Position numbers and translations under genes: made by a program. Source: a phage. From it: a stretch of 51,474 nt of DNA. The notes under the pieces are model-generated. The model had not been told where the DNA came from. It searched no databases and saw only the letters and a list, made by a program, of their open reading frames with translations. The stretch lies in the sequence record PZ445410.1. The stretch is one strand, 5' to 3'. Numbering within the stretch: the stretch's first letter is position 1; every line of letters begins with the position of its first letter. Of the stretch, positions 16,972-27,359 are shown piece after piece.

Positions 16972-19644
16972 ATGTCAGAACAATACGCAGGCTTGACGCT
17001 TGGGGTTGATGTATCTCAACTCAACAATGCTGTAAAGTCTTTGCAGCAATTCAAGAAGGCAAACGACGACGCAAAGGGAAGCGTTGAGAGTTTTGTTGAT
17101 TCAGAGGTTGTTGCAAGACAAAGAGCCAAACAACTGGCTGAGGAATTGGCAAAGCAGAAGCAAGAATTTAAAGCAATTCAGTCGGCAATAGATCCGACAG
17201 CAAGCAAAATGGATAAGTTGCGCCAGGCTGCGACACAGCTTGATGCACTATGGAAAAAAGGAATTGTGCCGGATGATACATTCTTTGAATTAGGTTCAAT
17301 TCTTGAGACACAGCAAAACAAGCTGATCGCAACGAAAAAGGCGCTAACAGAAGAAGGCCGAGCGGCGATTGAGGAAGCAAAGAATAAAGCCAGGGCAGAG
17401 GCTGAGGCCAGAAAGTTCATTGCGGCATTACAGGCACAAGCAGACGCAGCAGAAAAGACAAAATCAGAACTTGTTGAAATGAGAGCCGCACAACTTGGAG
17501 TTAGTGCGGAGGCCGCGCCATTTATTGCAAAAATGAAGGAGCAGGAAAAACAAGCCTCAAAACTTGGCGTTTCTATGGGGCAGTACAAGCAAGCAATGGC
17601 GCAATTGCCAATGCAGATCACTGACGTTGTTACTTCTCTTGCTTCAGGAATGCCAGTATGGATGATCGCAATCCAGCAGGGCGGGCAGATCAAGGACTCA
17701 TTCGGCGGTGTTGCTAATACTTTTAAAGCGCTAATGACATTTGTCACGCCGCTAAGTGTTGGAATGACGGCGCTGACTGGTGCTCTTGGGTATGCAGCAT
17801 ATAACGCTTACAAAGCCAACGCACAACTGAAGGAGATCACAAAAACCGTTCAGGATGTAACAGGTCTTTCCGGTGAGTTTGCAGAGCGGATCGCAACTGG
17901 AATCCAGGCGCTATCTGACAAGACAGGAGAGAGCGCAGACAATATCGCAAAGGCTTACATAAGCACTAAGGATGGAGCAAGCGAGGCTATACAAAAACTC
18001 GTCGATGTTGGATTTACCTATGACGAAGCAAAGGCAAAAGTAAACGAATACAAAAACGCATCAAGTTTTGTAAGTCTTAACAATGAAATTGCTGATCACA
18101 AAAACAAAGTTCTTGAGCTTGGCGATTCATGGTATGCGGTCTTAAAAGCAAAACGTGATTATGCTTCACCGTCCGGCGGGCTGTTGGGGAAAGAGCTTGG
18201 TTATGTGAATCCAATGCTGCAATTTGCGAAGAACACCTATGAGGATATAGGAAAGATCGTAAAAGATGCGAATAAGGATATGGCGGAACGAGCAGCACGC
18301 ATCGACAGAGAAAACCTTTCCTTAAACAGAGTTCGAGCGGCGCAAGAGGCTTTAAACAAAGCCATAGAGGATCAGAAGAACGTAGCAAGGACAGCAGACG
18401 AAGAGTTGAAAAAACGAGCGGCTGAGAACGTGGAGTTCAGGAGAAAAGAGCTTGAAGAGGCGAAGAAGGCGCAGCAGCAAAAGGAAAAAGTTGGTGGAGT
18501 TGTAAAAGCACCAACAGAGCAGCTTGATAAGGAGCTATATGTTCTCAAAGCGCAACTTGAAACTCTGAAAGAGCACCGAACTGTAAATGATGTTATTTCA
18601 CGCCAGAGGCAATCTTTGTGGAGTATTGAAAAGCAGATCCAGATCCTGGAGGAAGCGCAAAGCAAACGTAAGCTGACAAAAGCGGAACAGGCGTTACTAA
18701 ACGAGCAAAAAACAGTTCTTGCCATGGCAAAAGAAAAGGCCGAGATAGGCGATCAGATTGTTTTGCAACAGAGAAAGAACAAGCAATACCAGGAAGGGCT
18801 AAAGTTCATTCAGCAAACTTCAGATGCCATTGATGCTATGAACTTGCGACAGTCTGGAGCTACAGATCTGCAAATCCAGCGAGAGCTTGAATTGAAAAAG
18901 TTGCGAACTGATTATGTTGCTGGCGGAGGTAGTATCGACGATGAAATTTATCAGCAGATGGAAGAAAAGCTGAAGGAGTATTACGCCACTGAGGATCAGC
19001 TAAGAAATAACTGGATTGCAGGAGCAAAAAACGCATGGGAGGTTTACGGACAAGATGCAATGGATATGTACGGAAACGTGCAAGATATTGCAAGCGAGGC
19101 GCTCAACGGTCTAACCAACCAAATGGCTACATTCCTTGCAACAGGCAAGGCAAACTTTAAGAGCTTCGCAACGTCAATCATCCAAATGATTATCCAGATG
19201 ATCACGAAGATGGTTATCTTTAATGCCATATCTGGTGCGATTGGCGGTGACACTTGGACGATTGGAAGCCTTCTTAAAAATGTTGGATTTGCAACTGGTG
19301 GATACACTGGCGACGGCGGGAAGTATGAGCCAGCAGGTGTTGTCCATAAAGGCGAGTTTGTCATGACGAAGGAGGCCACGAAGCGGATCGGAGTTGGAAA
19401 TCTTTACAAAATGATGCGCGGTTATGCAAATGGCGGCGTTGTTGGCGGAACTTCATACACTGGCGGCGGAGTTTCATCTGGAGCAACAAATCTTAATATT
19501 GGTGGGATCAGCGTTGATATTAACAACGGAAACGATCCGAAAGGGTTGGAGACTGGCGTAAAAATGATTTTCACTGATATGATTAAGCGTTCCTGTACGC
19601 AGGGTGGGGAAGTTTACGAATTTGTTATGTCTAAGCGGGGGTGA
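16972..19644 (+). CDS. tail tape measure protein
   Basis: 890 aa, long Ala/Glu/Lys/Gln-rich coiled-coil-like stretches, Gly-rich C-terminal part; position after G/GT. Confidence 0.8.
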   Translation: MSEQYAGLTLGVDVSQLNNAVKSLQQFKKANDDAKGSVESFVDSEVVARQRAKQLAEELAKQKQEFKAIQSAIDPTASKMDKLRQAATQLDALWKKGIVPDDTFFELGSILETQQNKLIATKKALTEEGRAAIEEAKNKARAEAEARKFIAALQAQADAAEKTKSELVEMRAAQLGVSAEAAPFIAKMKEQEKQASKLGVSMGQYKQAMAQLPMQITDVVTSLASGMPVWMIAIQQGGQIKDSFGGVANTFKALMTFVTPLSVGMTALTGALGYAAYNAYKANAQLKEITKTVQDVTGLSGEFAERIATGIQALSDKTGESADNIAKAYISTKDGASEAIQKLVDVGFTYDEAKAKVNEYKNASSFVSLNNEIADHKNKVLELGDSWYAVLKAKRDYASPSGGLLGKELGYVNPMLQFAKNTYEDIGKIVKDANKDMAERAARIDRENLSLNRVRAAQEALNKAIEDQKNVARTADEELKKRAAENVEFRRKELEEAKKAQQQKEKVGGVVKAPTEQLDKELYVLKAQLETLKEHRTVNDVISRQRQSLWSIEKQIQILEEAQSKRKLTKAEQALLNEQKTVLAMAKEKAEIGDQIVLQQRKNKQYQEGLKFIQQTSDAIDAMNLRQSGATDLQIQRELELKKLRTDYVAGGGSIDDEIYQQMEEKLKEYYATEDQLRNNWIAGAKNAWEVYGQDAMDMYGNVQDIASEALNGLTNQMATFLATGKANFKSFATSIIQMIIQMITKMVIFNAISGAIGGDTWTIGSLLKNVGFATGGYTGDGGKYEPAGVVHKGEFVMTKEATKRIGVGNLYKMMRGYANGGVVGGTSYTGGGVSSGATNLNIGGISVDINNGNDPKGLETGVKMIFTDMIKRSCTQGGEVYEFVMSKRG

Positions 19645-19700
19645 TAGTGAAACTTGAGCAATTCAAATGGTGCACGCAAACGCAAGGAGGCGGCGGCACT

Positions 19701-19997
19701 ATGACCACATCAAATAACGACAGGGAAATCTCATTTGGTAATGGTTACACGCAGGTTGCGTCAGGAGGGTTTAACACTGTACGCAGGGAGTTTTCCATTG
19801 TCTATGTGGGTAATGATTACCGAGATGTTGTTGACTTCCTGAATGGTCACAGGTTGAAGCCGTTTTTATGGTTTATGCCTGACGGTCAACCTGGTCTATT
19901 CAGGGTGAAATCTGGTAGCGTTGGATTGACTCCAATATCAGCAACTGTTCAGGAAGTGAAAGCAACATTTACTGAGCAATTTACATCAATGCAATAA
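19701..19997 (+). CDS. minor tail protein (lambda gpM-like)
   Basis: FGNGYTQ...FLWFMPDG resembles lambda M as I recall it; AAGGAGG RBS at internal ATG. Confidence 0.6.
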   Translation: MTTSNNDREISFGNGYTQVASGGFNTVRREFSIVYVGNDYRDVVDFLNGHRLKPFLWFMPDGQPGLFRVKSGSVGLTPISATVQEVKATFTEQFTSMQ

Positions 19998-20002
19998 TTC
20001 AA

Positions 20003-20027
20003 GCCGCCTTTGTGCGGCTTTTTTATT
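20003..20027 (+). terminator. intrinsic terminator
   Basis: AGCCGC-CTTTGT-GCGGCT then TTTTTT. Confidence 0.6.
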
Positions 20028-20058
20028 GATGATACAATGCACGAAAGGAGGTGCAATT

Positions 20059-20820
20059 ATGGCTAATGAAACAACAGGTCGCGCGGATCTTGAAAATTGT
20101 CTGCAAAGCCTTTACCCTGGCGAGATTATCACGCTAATTGAGATTGACGGCACAAAGTTTGGCGCAAACATTTACCGCATACACAATGAGAATATCTCAT
20201 ACACTGCGGAAGAATTATTACAGGCGCGAGAAACTGGAGTTCTTCCGCCGAAAGAGATTACATTCCGTGGTGAGGTTTACGGCGCTCGCCCGTTCGGAAT
20301 ATCTGGAATAAACTTCACAAGCAACGGAAAGGCTGATAAGCCACAATTGATACTATCAAACCTTGATAGCCAGGTGAGCGCGATGATTCGTAACTTTAAC
20401 GGCATGATGCAAGCAAAGGTGACAATATGGATCACGCCAGCCGAATTGATGGGAAAAGATGGTAGCATTAAAGATGGTGCTTCAAGAAGGCTGGTTTATT
20501 ACATTGAACGACCAAGCCATTACAATAGAATGATGGCAAAATTTGATCTGACATCGCCTTATGATATGGATGGAATAATGATTCCTCCGCGAATAACTCA
20601 AAGCGTTTGTTATTGGGCGCAGCGTGGATGGTATCGAAGCGGAAAAGGTTGCGGATACAATGGATCGCGAATGTTTGATAAAGACAACAATCCTGTAACA
20701 GATCCATCTCAAGACTTTTGCGCCGGAACTGTAACAGCGTGCAAACTTCGTTTTGGTGCAGATCAGCAGCTTGATTTTGGCGGCGCACCAGTAGCAAGCC
20801 TGTTAAGGAGAAGTCAGTGA
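20059..20820 (+). CDS. minor tail protein (lambda gpL-like)
   Basis: CYWAQRGWYRSGKGCGY and C-terminal Cys cluster resemble lambda L as I recall it; AGGAGG RBS. Confidence 0.6.
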   Translation: MANETTGRADLENCLQSLYPGEIITLIEIDGTKFGANIYRIHNENISYTAEELLQARETGVLPPKEITFRGEVYGARPFGISGINFTSNGKADKPQLILSNLDSQVSAMIRNFNGMMQAKVTIWITPAELMGKDGSIKDGASRRLVYYIERPSHYNRMMAKFDLTSPYDMDGIMIPPRITQSVCYWAQRGWYRSGKGCGYNGSRMFDKDNNPVTDPSQDFCAGTVTACKLRFGADQQLDFGGAPVASLLRRSQ

Positions 20821-21551
20821 TGATTAGTGCAAAAATAAAACTTGAAATAATGCAGCACGTAAAAGATGAATACCCGCGCGAGGCGTGCGGTGTTATCACT
20901 CAAAAGTCGCGGGTACAGAAATATCACCGCATCACCAACGTGCATGATGATCCTGAAAATCATTTTGAAATGGATGCGGTTGAATACGTTGAAGCGTGTG
21001 AAAGTGGAGAGCTTATTGCTGTTGTGCATAGCCATACTGGAGACGGGGCAAGCACAATTCCAAGCGCACATGATACATGCATGTGTGATGAAATGGGCGT
21101 TTCATGGATTATTGTTTCATGGCCTGAAGGCGACATGAGAATCATTGAGCCTGAATCTCGTCCATTGATTGGTCGTCCGTGGTCGCTTGGGGCATATGAT
21201 TGCTGGGGTCTTATTATGGCATGGCACAAGCAACATGGCGTTATCCTGAATGATTTCAGGAAACCATATGAATGGTGGAAGCCTGAGCACGGCGAAAATC
21301 TTTACCAGGAAAATTATCTGAAAGAGGGTTTTGTTGAAACAGGAGAGCCGCCAAAACCTGGTGATATGGTTATCTTCCAGCTTTCCGCGCCAGTGTGGAA
21401 TCATGCAGGCATTTATCTTGGCAACAATCAGTTGCTTCATCATGCCTTTGGTAAGTTGTCGAGGGTTGATTTGTATTCTGGATGGTATCAGGAACATGCA
21501 AAAATGGTTTGTAGACATAAGGATCTGAAATATGACTTTGAAGGTAATTAA
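20817..21551 (+). CDS. tail tip assembly protein (lambda gpK-like; JAB/MPN plus NlpC/P60 domains)
   Basis: JAMM motif HSHTGDGASTIPSAHD; NlpC/P60-like Cys in YDCWGL and downstream His. Confidence 0.7.
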   Translation: MMISAKIKLEIMQHVKDEYPREACGVITQKSRVQKYHRITNVHDDPENHFEMDAVEYVEACESGELIAVVHSHTGDGASTIPSAHDTCMCDEMGVSWIIVSWPEGDMRIIEPESRPLIGRPWSLGAYDCWGLIMAWHKQHGVILNDFRKPYEWWKPEHGENLYQENYLKEGFVETGEPPKPGDMVIFQLSAPVWNHAGIYLGNNQLLHHAFGKLSRVDLYSGWYQEHAKMVCRHKDLKYDFEGN

Positions 21552-22128
21552 ATTATCTGGATCTTTAGGCCGAAGATTTGGAGTATTTCATAAGCTGGCT
21601 GTTGATTCATACCCCGAAGCAATACGCGCACTATCTTCGCAGGTGGAAGGATTCAAGGACTACATGCAAAGCGAAGTAGGATCGCGAATGCGTTATGCTG
21701 TATTTGTTGACGGTAATAATGTAGGACAGCACGATGAAAAATCGTGGCAATGCGCAAAGGAAGTGAGGATTATTCCAATCCCAACAGGTTCAAAGTCTGG
21801 CGGGTTGTTTCAGGTTGTTCTTGGCGCGGTTATTATGGCGACTGCATTTTTCACTGGCGGCGCTTCACTTGCTTTGATGGGCGCTTTTGCATCTTCTGCT
21901 TTCATGATGGGTGGTGCTATGGTGCTTGGCGGAGTAATGCAAATGATTTCACCGCAGCAAGGAGGATCAAGATTGTCCTCACAGTCAGCAGAAAACAAAC
22001 CGTCTTATGCTTTCGGTGGCGCTGTTAACACAACGGCAGCAGGATACCCAATACCATTGCCATATGGTCAAAGGACCGTTGGGGGAGCTATCTGGTCGGC
22101 TGGCAGCTATGCAGAAGATAAGGCTTAA
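21532..22128 (+). CDS. tail assembly protein (lambda gpI-like)
   Basis: 198 aa, Gly/Ala-rich hydrophobic C-terminal half, between K and J. Confidence 0.55.
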   Translation: MTLKVIKLSGSLGRRFGVFHKLAVDSYPEAIRALSSQVEGFKDYMQSEVGSRMRYAVFVDGNNVGQHDEKSWQCAKEVRIIPIPTGSKSGGLFQVVLGAVIMATAFFTGGASLALMGAFASSAFMMGGAMVLGGVMQMISPQQGGSRLSSQSAENKPSYAFGGAVNTTAAGYPIPLPYGQRTVGGAIWSAGSYAEDKA

Positions 22129-22146
22129 TATAAAAGAGTCGCGCGT

Positions 22147-22174
22147 TGCGCGGCTTTTTTTTTGCCCGTATAAT
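22147..22174 (+). terminator. intrinsic terminator
   Basis: GTCGCGCG-TTG-CGCGCGGC then T9. Confidence 0.6.
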
Positions 22175-22208
22175 TCAACAAATCAAATAGCACAAAAGGT
22201 GAAAAAGC

Positions 22209-25200
22209 ATGGCTGAAAATATGATAACGGGCAGTAAGGGTGGATCATCAAAACCTTATGTGCCGAAAGAGATGGAAGATAACCTGATCTCAATCAACAA
22301 AATCAAAATCCTTCTTGCCGTTTCCGATGGTGAGTGCGATCCAGATTTCACGCTTCGCGATCTGTATCTCGATGATGTTCCGGTAATTGCAGATGATGGA
22401 ACTGTTAACTATCAGGGTGTGAAAGCTGAATTTCGACCCGGAACGCAGACGCAAGATTACATCCAGGGGTTTACTGACACATCAAGCGAAGTGACGCTGG
22501 CGCGTGACATTACGACGACAAATCCTTATGTAATTTCCGTAACCAACAAAACATTATCGGCTATCAGAATCAAAATGCTAATGCCAACAGGCATTAAGCA
22601 AGAGGATAACGGCGATCTTGTCGGCGTTAAGGTTACTTATGCTGTTGATATGGCTGTTGACGGAGACTCTTACAAAGAGGTATTGCTAGACACTATCGAA
22701 GGTAAAACGCGTTCCGGTTACGACAGAAGCCGGAGGATTGACCTTCCGGCATTTAATGATCGCGTATTACTTAGGGTTAGAAGGGTTACGGCAGACAGCA
22801 CATCTTCTCGTGTTACTGATCTGATTAAACTACAAAGTTACGCTGAGGTTATTGATGCAAAATTCCGTTATCCTCTGACTGGTCTTGTTTACGTTGAATT
22901 TGACAGCGAATTGTTCCCAAATCAGATCCCTAACATTTCAATCAAGAAGAAATGGAAGCTGATTAACGTTCCGAGTAACTACGATCCTGTTTTGAGAGAG
23001 TATCACGGTTCATGGGATGGAACATTCAAAAAAGCATGGTCAAATAATCCAGCATGGGTGCTTTATGACATTATCACAAACCAGCGATATGGATTAGATC
23101 AGCGAGAGCTTGGTGTGCAGGTTGACAAATGGAGTCTTTACGAAGCGGCGCAATACTGCGATCAGAAAGTGCCGGACGGAAAAGGCGGCACAGAGCCGCG
23201 TTATCTATGCGACGTTGTGATTCAAAGCCAGATTGAGGCTTATCAGCTTATTCGTGATATTTGCTCAATCTTCAGAGGCATGAGCTTTTGGAATGGAGAG
23301 AGCTTGTCAATCGTCATTGATAAGCCGCGCGATCCGTCGTACATCTTCACAAATGACAATGTTGTTGATGGTGATTTTCAGTACACAACAGCAAGTGAAA
23401 AGAGCATGTACACGCAGTGCAACGTGACGTTCGATGACGAACAAAACATGTATCAACAGGACGTAGAGGGTGTATTCGACACAGAGGCCGCATTGCGATT
23501 TGGATACAATCCTACAAGCATAACCGCGATCGGATGTACACGCAGGAGTGAGGCTAATCGGCGCGGTCGATGGATACTAAAAACCAACTTGCGCAGCACT
23601 ACGGTAAACTTTGCTACTGGACTGGAAGGCATGATCCCATCAATAGGTGATGTGATTGCTATTGCTGACAATTTTCACAGCAGCAACCTTAAATTAAACC
23701 TATCAGGGCGCGTGATGGAAGTTTCCGGCTTGCAGGTGTTCGTTCCGTTTAAGATTGACGCGCGACCAGGTGATTTCATTATCATCAACAAGCCGGACGG
23801 AAAGCCAGTTAAGCGCACAATCTCAAAAGTAAGCGGTGACGGAAAAACCATTGAACTAAACATTGGGTTTGGGTTTGAAGTTAAACCTGACACGGTTTTT
23901 GCAATCGACCGCACTGATATTGCATTGCAGCAATACGTTGTAACGAGTATCGGCAAAGGTGATGATGATGATGAATTTACATACTCCATCACGGCTGTTG
24001 AATATGACCCTAACAAATACGACGAGATTGATTATGGAGTAAACATTGACGACAGGCCAACTTCAATTGTCCAGCCTGACACAATGGCAGCGCCTGAAAA
24101 TGTGCAAATATCCTCATACTCGCGAATTGTCCAGGGTGCAAGCGTTGAGACAATGGTTGTGTCGTGGGATAAAGTACCTTACGCATCGCTGTATGAAATG
24201 CAATGGCGAAAAGGTGATGGCAACTGGCTGAATACACCACAGACCGCAAACAAAGAAATTGAGGTTGAAGGTATTTATTCAGGAAACTACCAGGTAAGGG
24301 TTAGATCTGTTTCCGCTTCAGGTTCTACGTCTCCGTGGTCCAGAATTGTGACAGCATCACTGACTGGTAAGGTAGGAGAGCCAGGCGCGCCAGTTAACTT
24401 AACCGCATCCGACAATGAAGTGTTTGGCATTCGTGTTAAGTGGGGGATGCCAGAAGGGAGCGGAGACACGGCATACATTGAGCTTCATCAGTCGCCGGAT
24501 GGAACGGCTGAAAACTCAAGCCTGCTAACGCTGATCCCGTATCCACAATATGAATACTGGCACGGTACGCTTCCGGCTGGTCATGTTGTATGGTATCGGA
24601 TCAGGAGCGTAGACAGGATCGGCAACGTTTCCGGTTGGACTGATTTTGTTAGAGGTATGGCTTCAGATGATGTGGAGGCTGTTTTAGGAGATATTCTTGA
24701 TAAGATTTTTGATACTGAAGCAGGTCAGGATCTTAAAGAGAACGCCATTGACAGTGCAAACAAGATAAAGGACCAGGCGCAAGCAATCATCCAGAATGCT
24801 CTTGCTAATGATGCTGATATTAAGTGGACGCGAGTACAAAATGGAAAGCGAAAGGCTGAATATGGTCACGCGCTTGAGCTTATCGCCACAGAGACTGAGG
24901 CGCGAGTTACGCAGATTGAAGAATTGAGGGCGTCAATCGACGAGGATATTGTTTCAAGCATAAAGACAGTGCAGGAGGCTATCGCCACAGAATCTGAAAC
25001 GCGAGCAACTCAAATAAATGCTTTGGATTCAAAATTCACAACTGAAATTGACGGTGTAAAACGCGATACAGCCGCAAGCATTAATCAGGTTAATCAAACC
25101 ATTGCCAATGAGTCAGAAGCGCGCGCGCAGGCCGTTAACGCGCTTGATGCGAAGTTCACAAAGGAGATCGAAGATTTAAACGGAGTCATTAAGACTGAGG

Positions 25201-25787
25201 TTGAGGCTAACATCTCTGAAGTGAAACAGGCTATCGCTAACGAGACAGAGGCAAGGGTGCAGGCTGACCAGGCGTTAACAGCTAAGTTTGGAGACGTTGA
25301 ATCTGCATTAGCTCAAAAACTTGATTCGTGGGCTGGCGTTGATTCGGTTGGCGCTAAGTACGCCATGAAATTGGGCCTTACTTACAACGGGCAGAAGTAC
25401 AGCGCAGGAATGGTAATGCAGCTTTCTCAGAGTTCATCCGGCCTTATCTCGCAAATTTTGTTTGATGCGAATAGGTTTGCGATTATGACTAGCTCGACTG
25501 GCGGAGTGTATACGCTGCCTTTCGTTGTTGAAAATAACCAGGTATTCATCAATAGCTTGTTAGTTAAAAACGGATCAATAAACAATGCGATGATCGGTAA
25601 CTTCATCCAATCAAACAATTACGTTTGGAATCAAACAGGATGGAGGTTGGATAAAAACGGCACGTTTGAAAATTATGGTTCTACTCCTGGAGAGGGAGCC
25701 ATGAAAATGACAAACGAAACGATCAGCGTTAGGGATGCAAACGGCGTTTTGCGTGTTCAGATTGGGCGTATCACAGGTTATTGGTAA
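22209..25787 (+). CDS. central tail fibre / host specificity protein (lambda gpJ-like)
   Basis: 1192 aa after M-L-K-I; FN3-like segments; C-terminal tandem ~35-aa repeats. Confidence 0.8.
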   Translation: MAENMITGSKGGSSKPYVPKEMEDNLISINKIKILLAVSDGECDPDFTLRDLYLDDVPVIADDGTVNYQGVKAEFRPGTQTQDYIQGFTDTSSEVTLARDITTTNPYVISVTNKTLSAIRIKMLMPTGIKQEDNGDLVGVKVTYAVDMAVDGDSYKEVLLDTIEGKTRSGYDRSRRIDLPAFNDRVLLRVRRVTADSTSSRVTDLIKLQSYAEVIDAKFRYPLTGLVYVEFDSELFPNQIPNISIKKKWKLINVPSNYDPVLREYHGSWDGTFKKAWSNNPAWVLYDIITNQRYGLDQRELGVQVDKWSLYEAAQYCDQKVPDGKGGTEPRYLCDVVIQSQIEAYQLIRDICSIFRGMSFWNGESLSIVIDKPRDPSYIFTNDNVVDGDFQYTTASEKSMYTQCNVTFDDEQNMYQQDVEGVFDTEAALRFGYNPTSITAIGCTRRSEANRRGRWILKTNLRSTTVNFATGLEGMIPSIGDVIAIADNFHSSNLKLNLSGRVMEVSGLQVFVPFKIDARPGDFIIINKPDGKPVKRTISKVSGDGKTIELNIGFGFEVKPDTVFAIDRTDIALQQYVVTSIGKGDDDDEFTYSITAVEYDPNKYDEIDYGVNIDDRPTSIVQPDTMAAPENVQISSYSRIVQGASVETMVVSWDKVPYASLYEMQWRKGDGNWLNTPQTANKEIEVEGIYSGNYQVRVRSVSASGSTSPWSRIVTASLTGKVGEPGAPVNLTASDNEVFGIRVKWGMPEGSGDTAYIELHQSPDGTAENSSLLTLIPYPQYEYWHGTLPAGHVVWYRIRSVDRIGNVSGWTDFVRGMASDDVEAVLGDILDKIFDTEAGQDLKENAIDSANKIKDQAQAIIQNALANDADIKWTRVQNGKRKAEYGHALELIATETEARVTQIEELRASIDEDIVSSIKTVQEAIATESETRATQINALDSKFTTEIDGVKRDTAASINQVNQTIANESEARAQAVNALDAKFTKEIEDLNGVIKTEVEANISEVKQAIANETEARVQADQALTAKFGDVESALAQKLDSWAGVDSVGAKYAMKLGLTYNGQKYSAGMVMQLSQSSSGLISQILFDANRFAIMTSSTGGVYTLPFVVENNQVFINSLLVKNGSINNAMIGNFIQSNNYVWNQTGWRLDKNGTFENYGSTPGEGAMKMTNETISVRDANGVLRVQIGRITGYW

Positions 25788-25794
25788 AAGCAAA

Positions 25795-25821
25795 GGGAGG
25801 CGCATTGCCTCCCTTTTTTTA
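25795..25821. terminator. bidirectional intrinsic terminator
   Basis: GGGAGGC-GCATT-GCCTCCC flanked by A-run and T-run. Confidence 0.7.
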
Positions 25822-26713
25822 TTAGTCATATTTTGATGCGTCTATAGCAAGTATTGATGAAGAATAATAAACCCCAAGCGGACCAGGCGTTTGAGCAACC
25901 TGCTTTGATATTGAGTAAATATTTGATCCAGATGCGCCGGATTGTGATTCAAATATCATGTGACCGCCAAGTTGAGGATTTGGAACGGAGTTTATTGCCG
26001 TTTGAAATGGCGTTACAGCGCATGTATAACCCAAATAAACATCAAATGTTATTCCGCTAACTGGTATTTGGTGAGCCTCTAAAGGCTTCATTTTTCCGTG
26101 GTATGTCATTTGACCAGCGGAATTATAAAACGCTATTCCGTGACTACCAGGACTTGTTACCATATCGCTAAAAGCGTAAACCCTAATCCATCCAGGGTTG
26201 TCCGTCCTATCAATCCTAAGTGCATGATAACCACCATTATTTATGTGAGAAAAAGCAGTGTATGCACGAGATCCCATTCTCACAAAGAAAAAGCATACAC
26301 GATCAAATGGTATTGATGTTTGATAAATGGAGCCGTTATAAACCCCCATATCACCTCGATTAATTAAATTCACAGGCGTAAAATCAGGACTTAGCCAAAT
26401 TGACCCATCCGGCTTTGTGATCTGCATTCCGTACATGTTACCCCCAAAACGTATATATATATCTTGACTCGCCAGCATTAAGACCAGACCACGAAACAGT
26501 ATTCCCGCTAACGTTTATTGTTGGTGCTCCCCAGTTAACTCCAGCCCACGTCTGCGTTCCAATATATCCAGCCTTTAATGTTTTTCCTGGCGGCTGATTG
26601 TAATATGTCTTGCTTCCTGATGGTTGTGTGAATCTATCCAGGAAGAATACAGGAGTTAATAAACCAGTAACATCCCTTCCTTGTTCGTCGTAAATTGCGT
26701 AACCGTATGCCAT
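25822..26713 (-). pseudogene. frameshift-interrupted gene (fragments 26438..26713 and 25822..26478); function unknown
   Basis: Two ORFs overlap by 41 nt in different frames at a C5/G5 tract (26441-26445); removing one G fuses them into about 299 aa; upstream fragment is coupled (TAATG) to the lipoprotein gene. Confidence 0.4.
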
Positions 26714-26982
26714 TATTTGCACTCCACATAATCAAAATTATCCTCGCTTTGCCACCTGTGAACGAAAGTTACATATTTTTGTGATGGAGCTACGCGATAG
26801 TGTTTTTCACCGAATCTGTTTTCGCGCACAGCGTTTATTTTCACAGGATAGCTATCATTTACAGGGAATGTTTTCACCATGTATGAGCCAACGCAATCAA
26901 CCTCTTTATAGCCCCCATCCATTGACGCAGAACAACCAGTCAGGGCAACGGCGGCAATCAAAACGGCTATTAACTTTTTCAT
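26713..26982 (-). CDS. outer-membrane lipoprotein, Cor/Llp-like superinfection exclusion candidate
   Basis: Signal peptide MKKLIAVLIAAVALTGC with lipobox; 89 aa; just downstream of the J gene on the opposite strand. Confidence 0.5.
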   Translation of the reverse strand: MKKLIAVLIAAVALTGCSASMDGGYKEVDCVGSYMVKTFPVNDSYPVKINAVRENRFGEKHYRVAPSQKYVTFVHRWQSEDNFDYVECK

Positions 26983-27013
26983 TTTGGTGTCTCCTTAGTT
27001 GTTGTTGGTTGCA

Positions 27014-27055
27014 ACTATACACGATCTTGCGGTGGGCGTTTAGCAAAAAGTGCCA
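27014..27055 (-). promoter_or_regulatory. TAGCAC-box variant (TGGCACTTTTTGCTAAACG) with TATAGT
   Basis: Motif at canonical spacing, oriented toward the lipoprotein gene. Confidence 0.4.
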
Positions 27056-27119
27056 TTCTGTTCTTTTTGTTCTCCTGCGTTCTCAAATCTGCGGAGGCTT
27101 AAATTTAGCTCAAAATGTG

Positions 27120-27330
27120 AGCAACAATAGAGCGATATACATACAGATAAATATATATACATACATATAAATCAATAAGTTAGTAGTATATATATTTATA
27201 TTTGTTCTTTATTGTTATCTATGTTTTGTGTGATTTTGTGTGTCTGGTGATTTTTCTGTGATTATGTATGTGTCAGTGGTTGTGTGTGTCTATATATCTA
27301 TATCCGGCGCAAATTGAGGAACAAGAGAAC
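27120..27330. repeat. AT-rich, C-depleted iteron-like element, copy A
   Basis: Shares AAATCAATAAGTTAGT...TATTTATATTTGTT core and GT-rich GGTGAT/GTGAT word repeats with 49265-49480. Confidence 0.6.
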
Positions 27331-27359
27331 AAAAAGACAACAAAGATATTTATCAATCA

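Noticed and set aside
17178-17747. Long antisense ORFs inside the tape measure gene (also 17168..17380, 18077..18388, 18372..18725, 19044..19379)
   Set aside because: They lie entirely within a strongly supported 890-aa gene on the other strand, have low-complexity Ala/Ser/Cys-rich translations and no start context.
22160-22208. TAGCAC hexamer just upstream of the J gene RBS
   Set aside because: Only the hexamer is present (TAGCACAAAAGG), without the TTGTTAAAAC half or the spaced -10-like box; likely chance.
27120-27330. Possible CRISPR array in the AT-rich repetitive regions (also 49265-49480)
   Set aside because: No regularly spaced identical direct repeats of 28-37 nt; the repeats are short degenerate words, and no cas genes are present.
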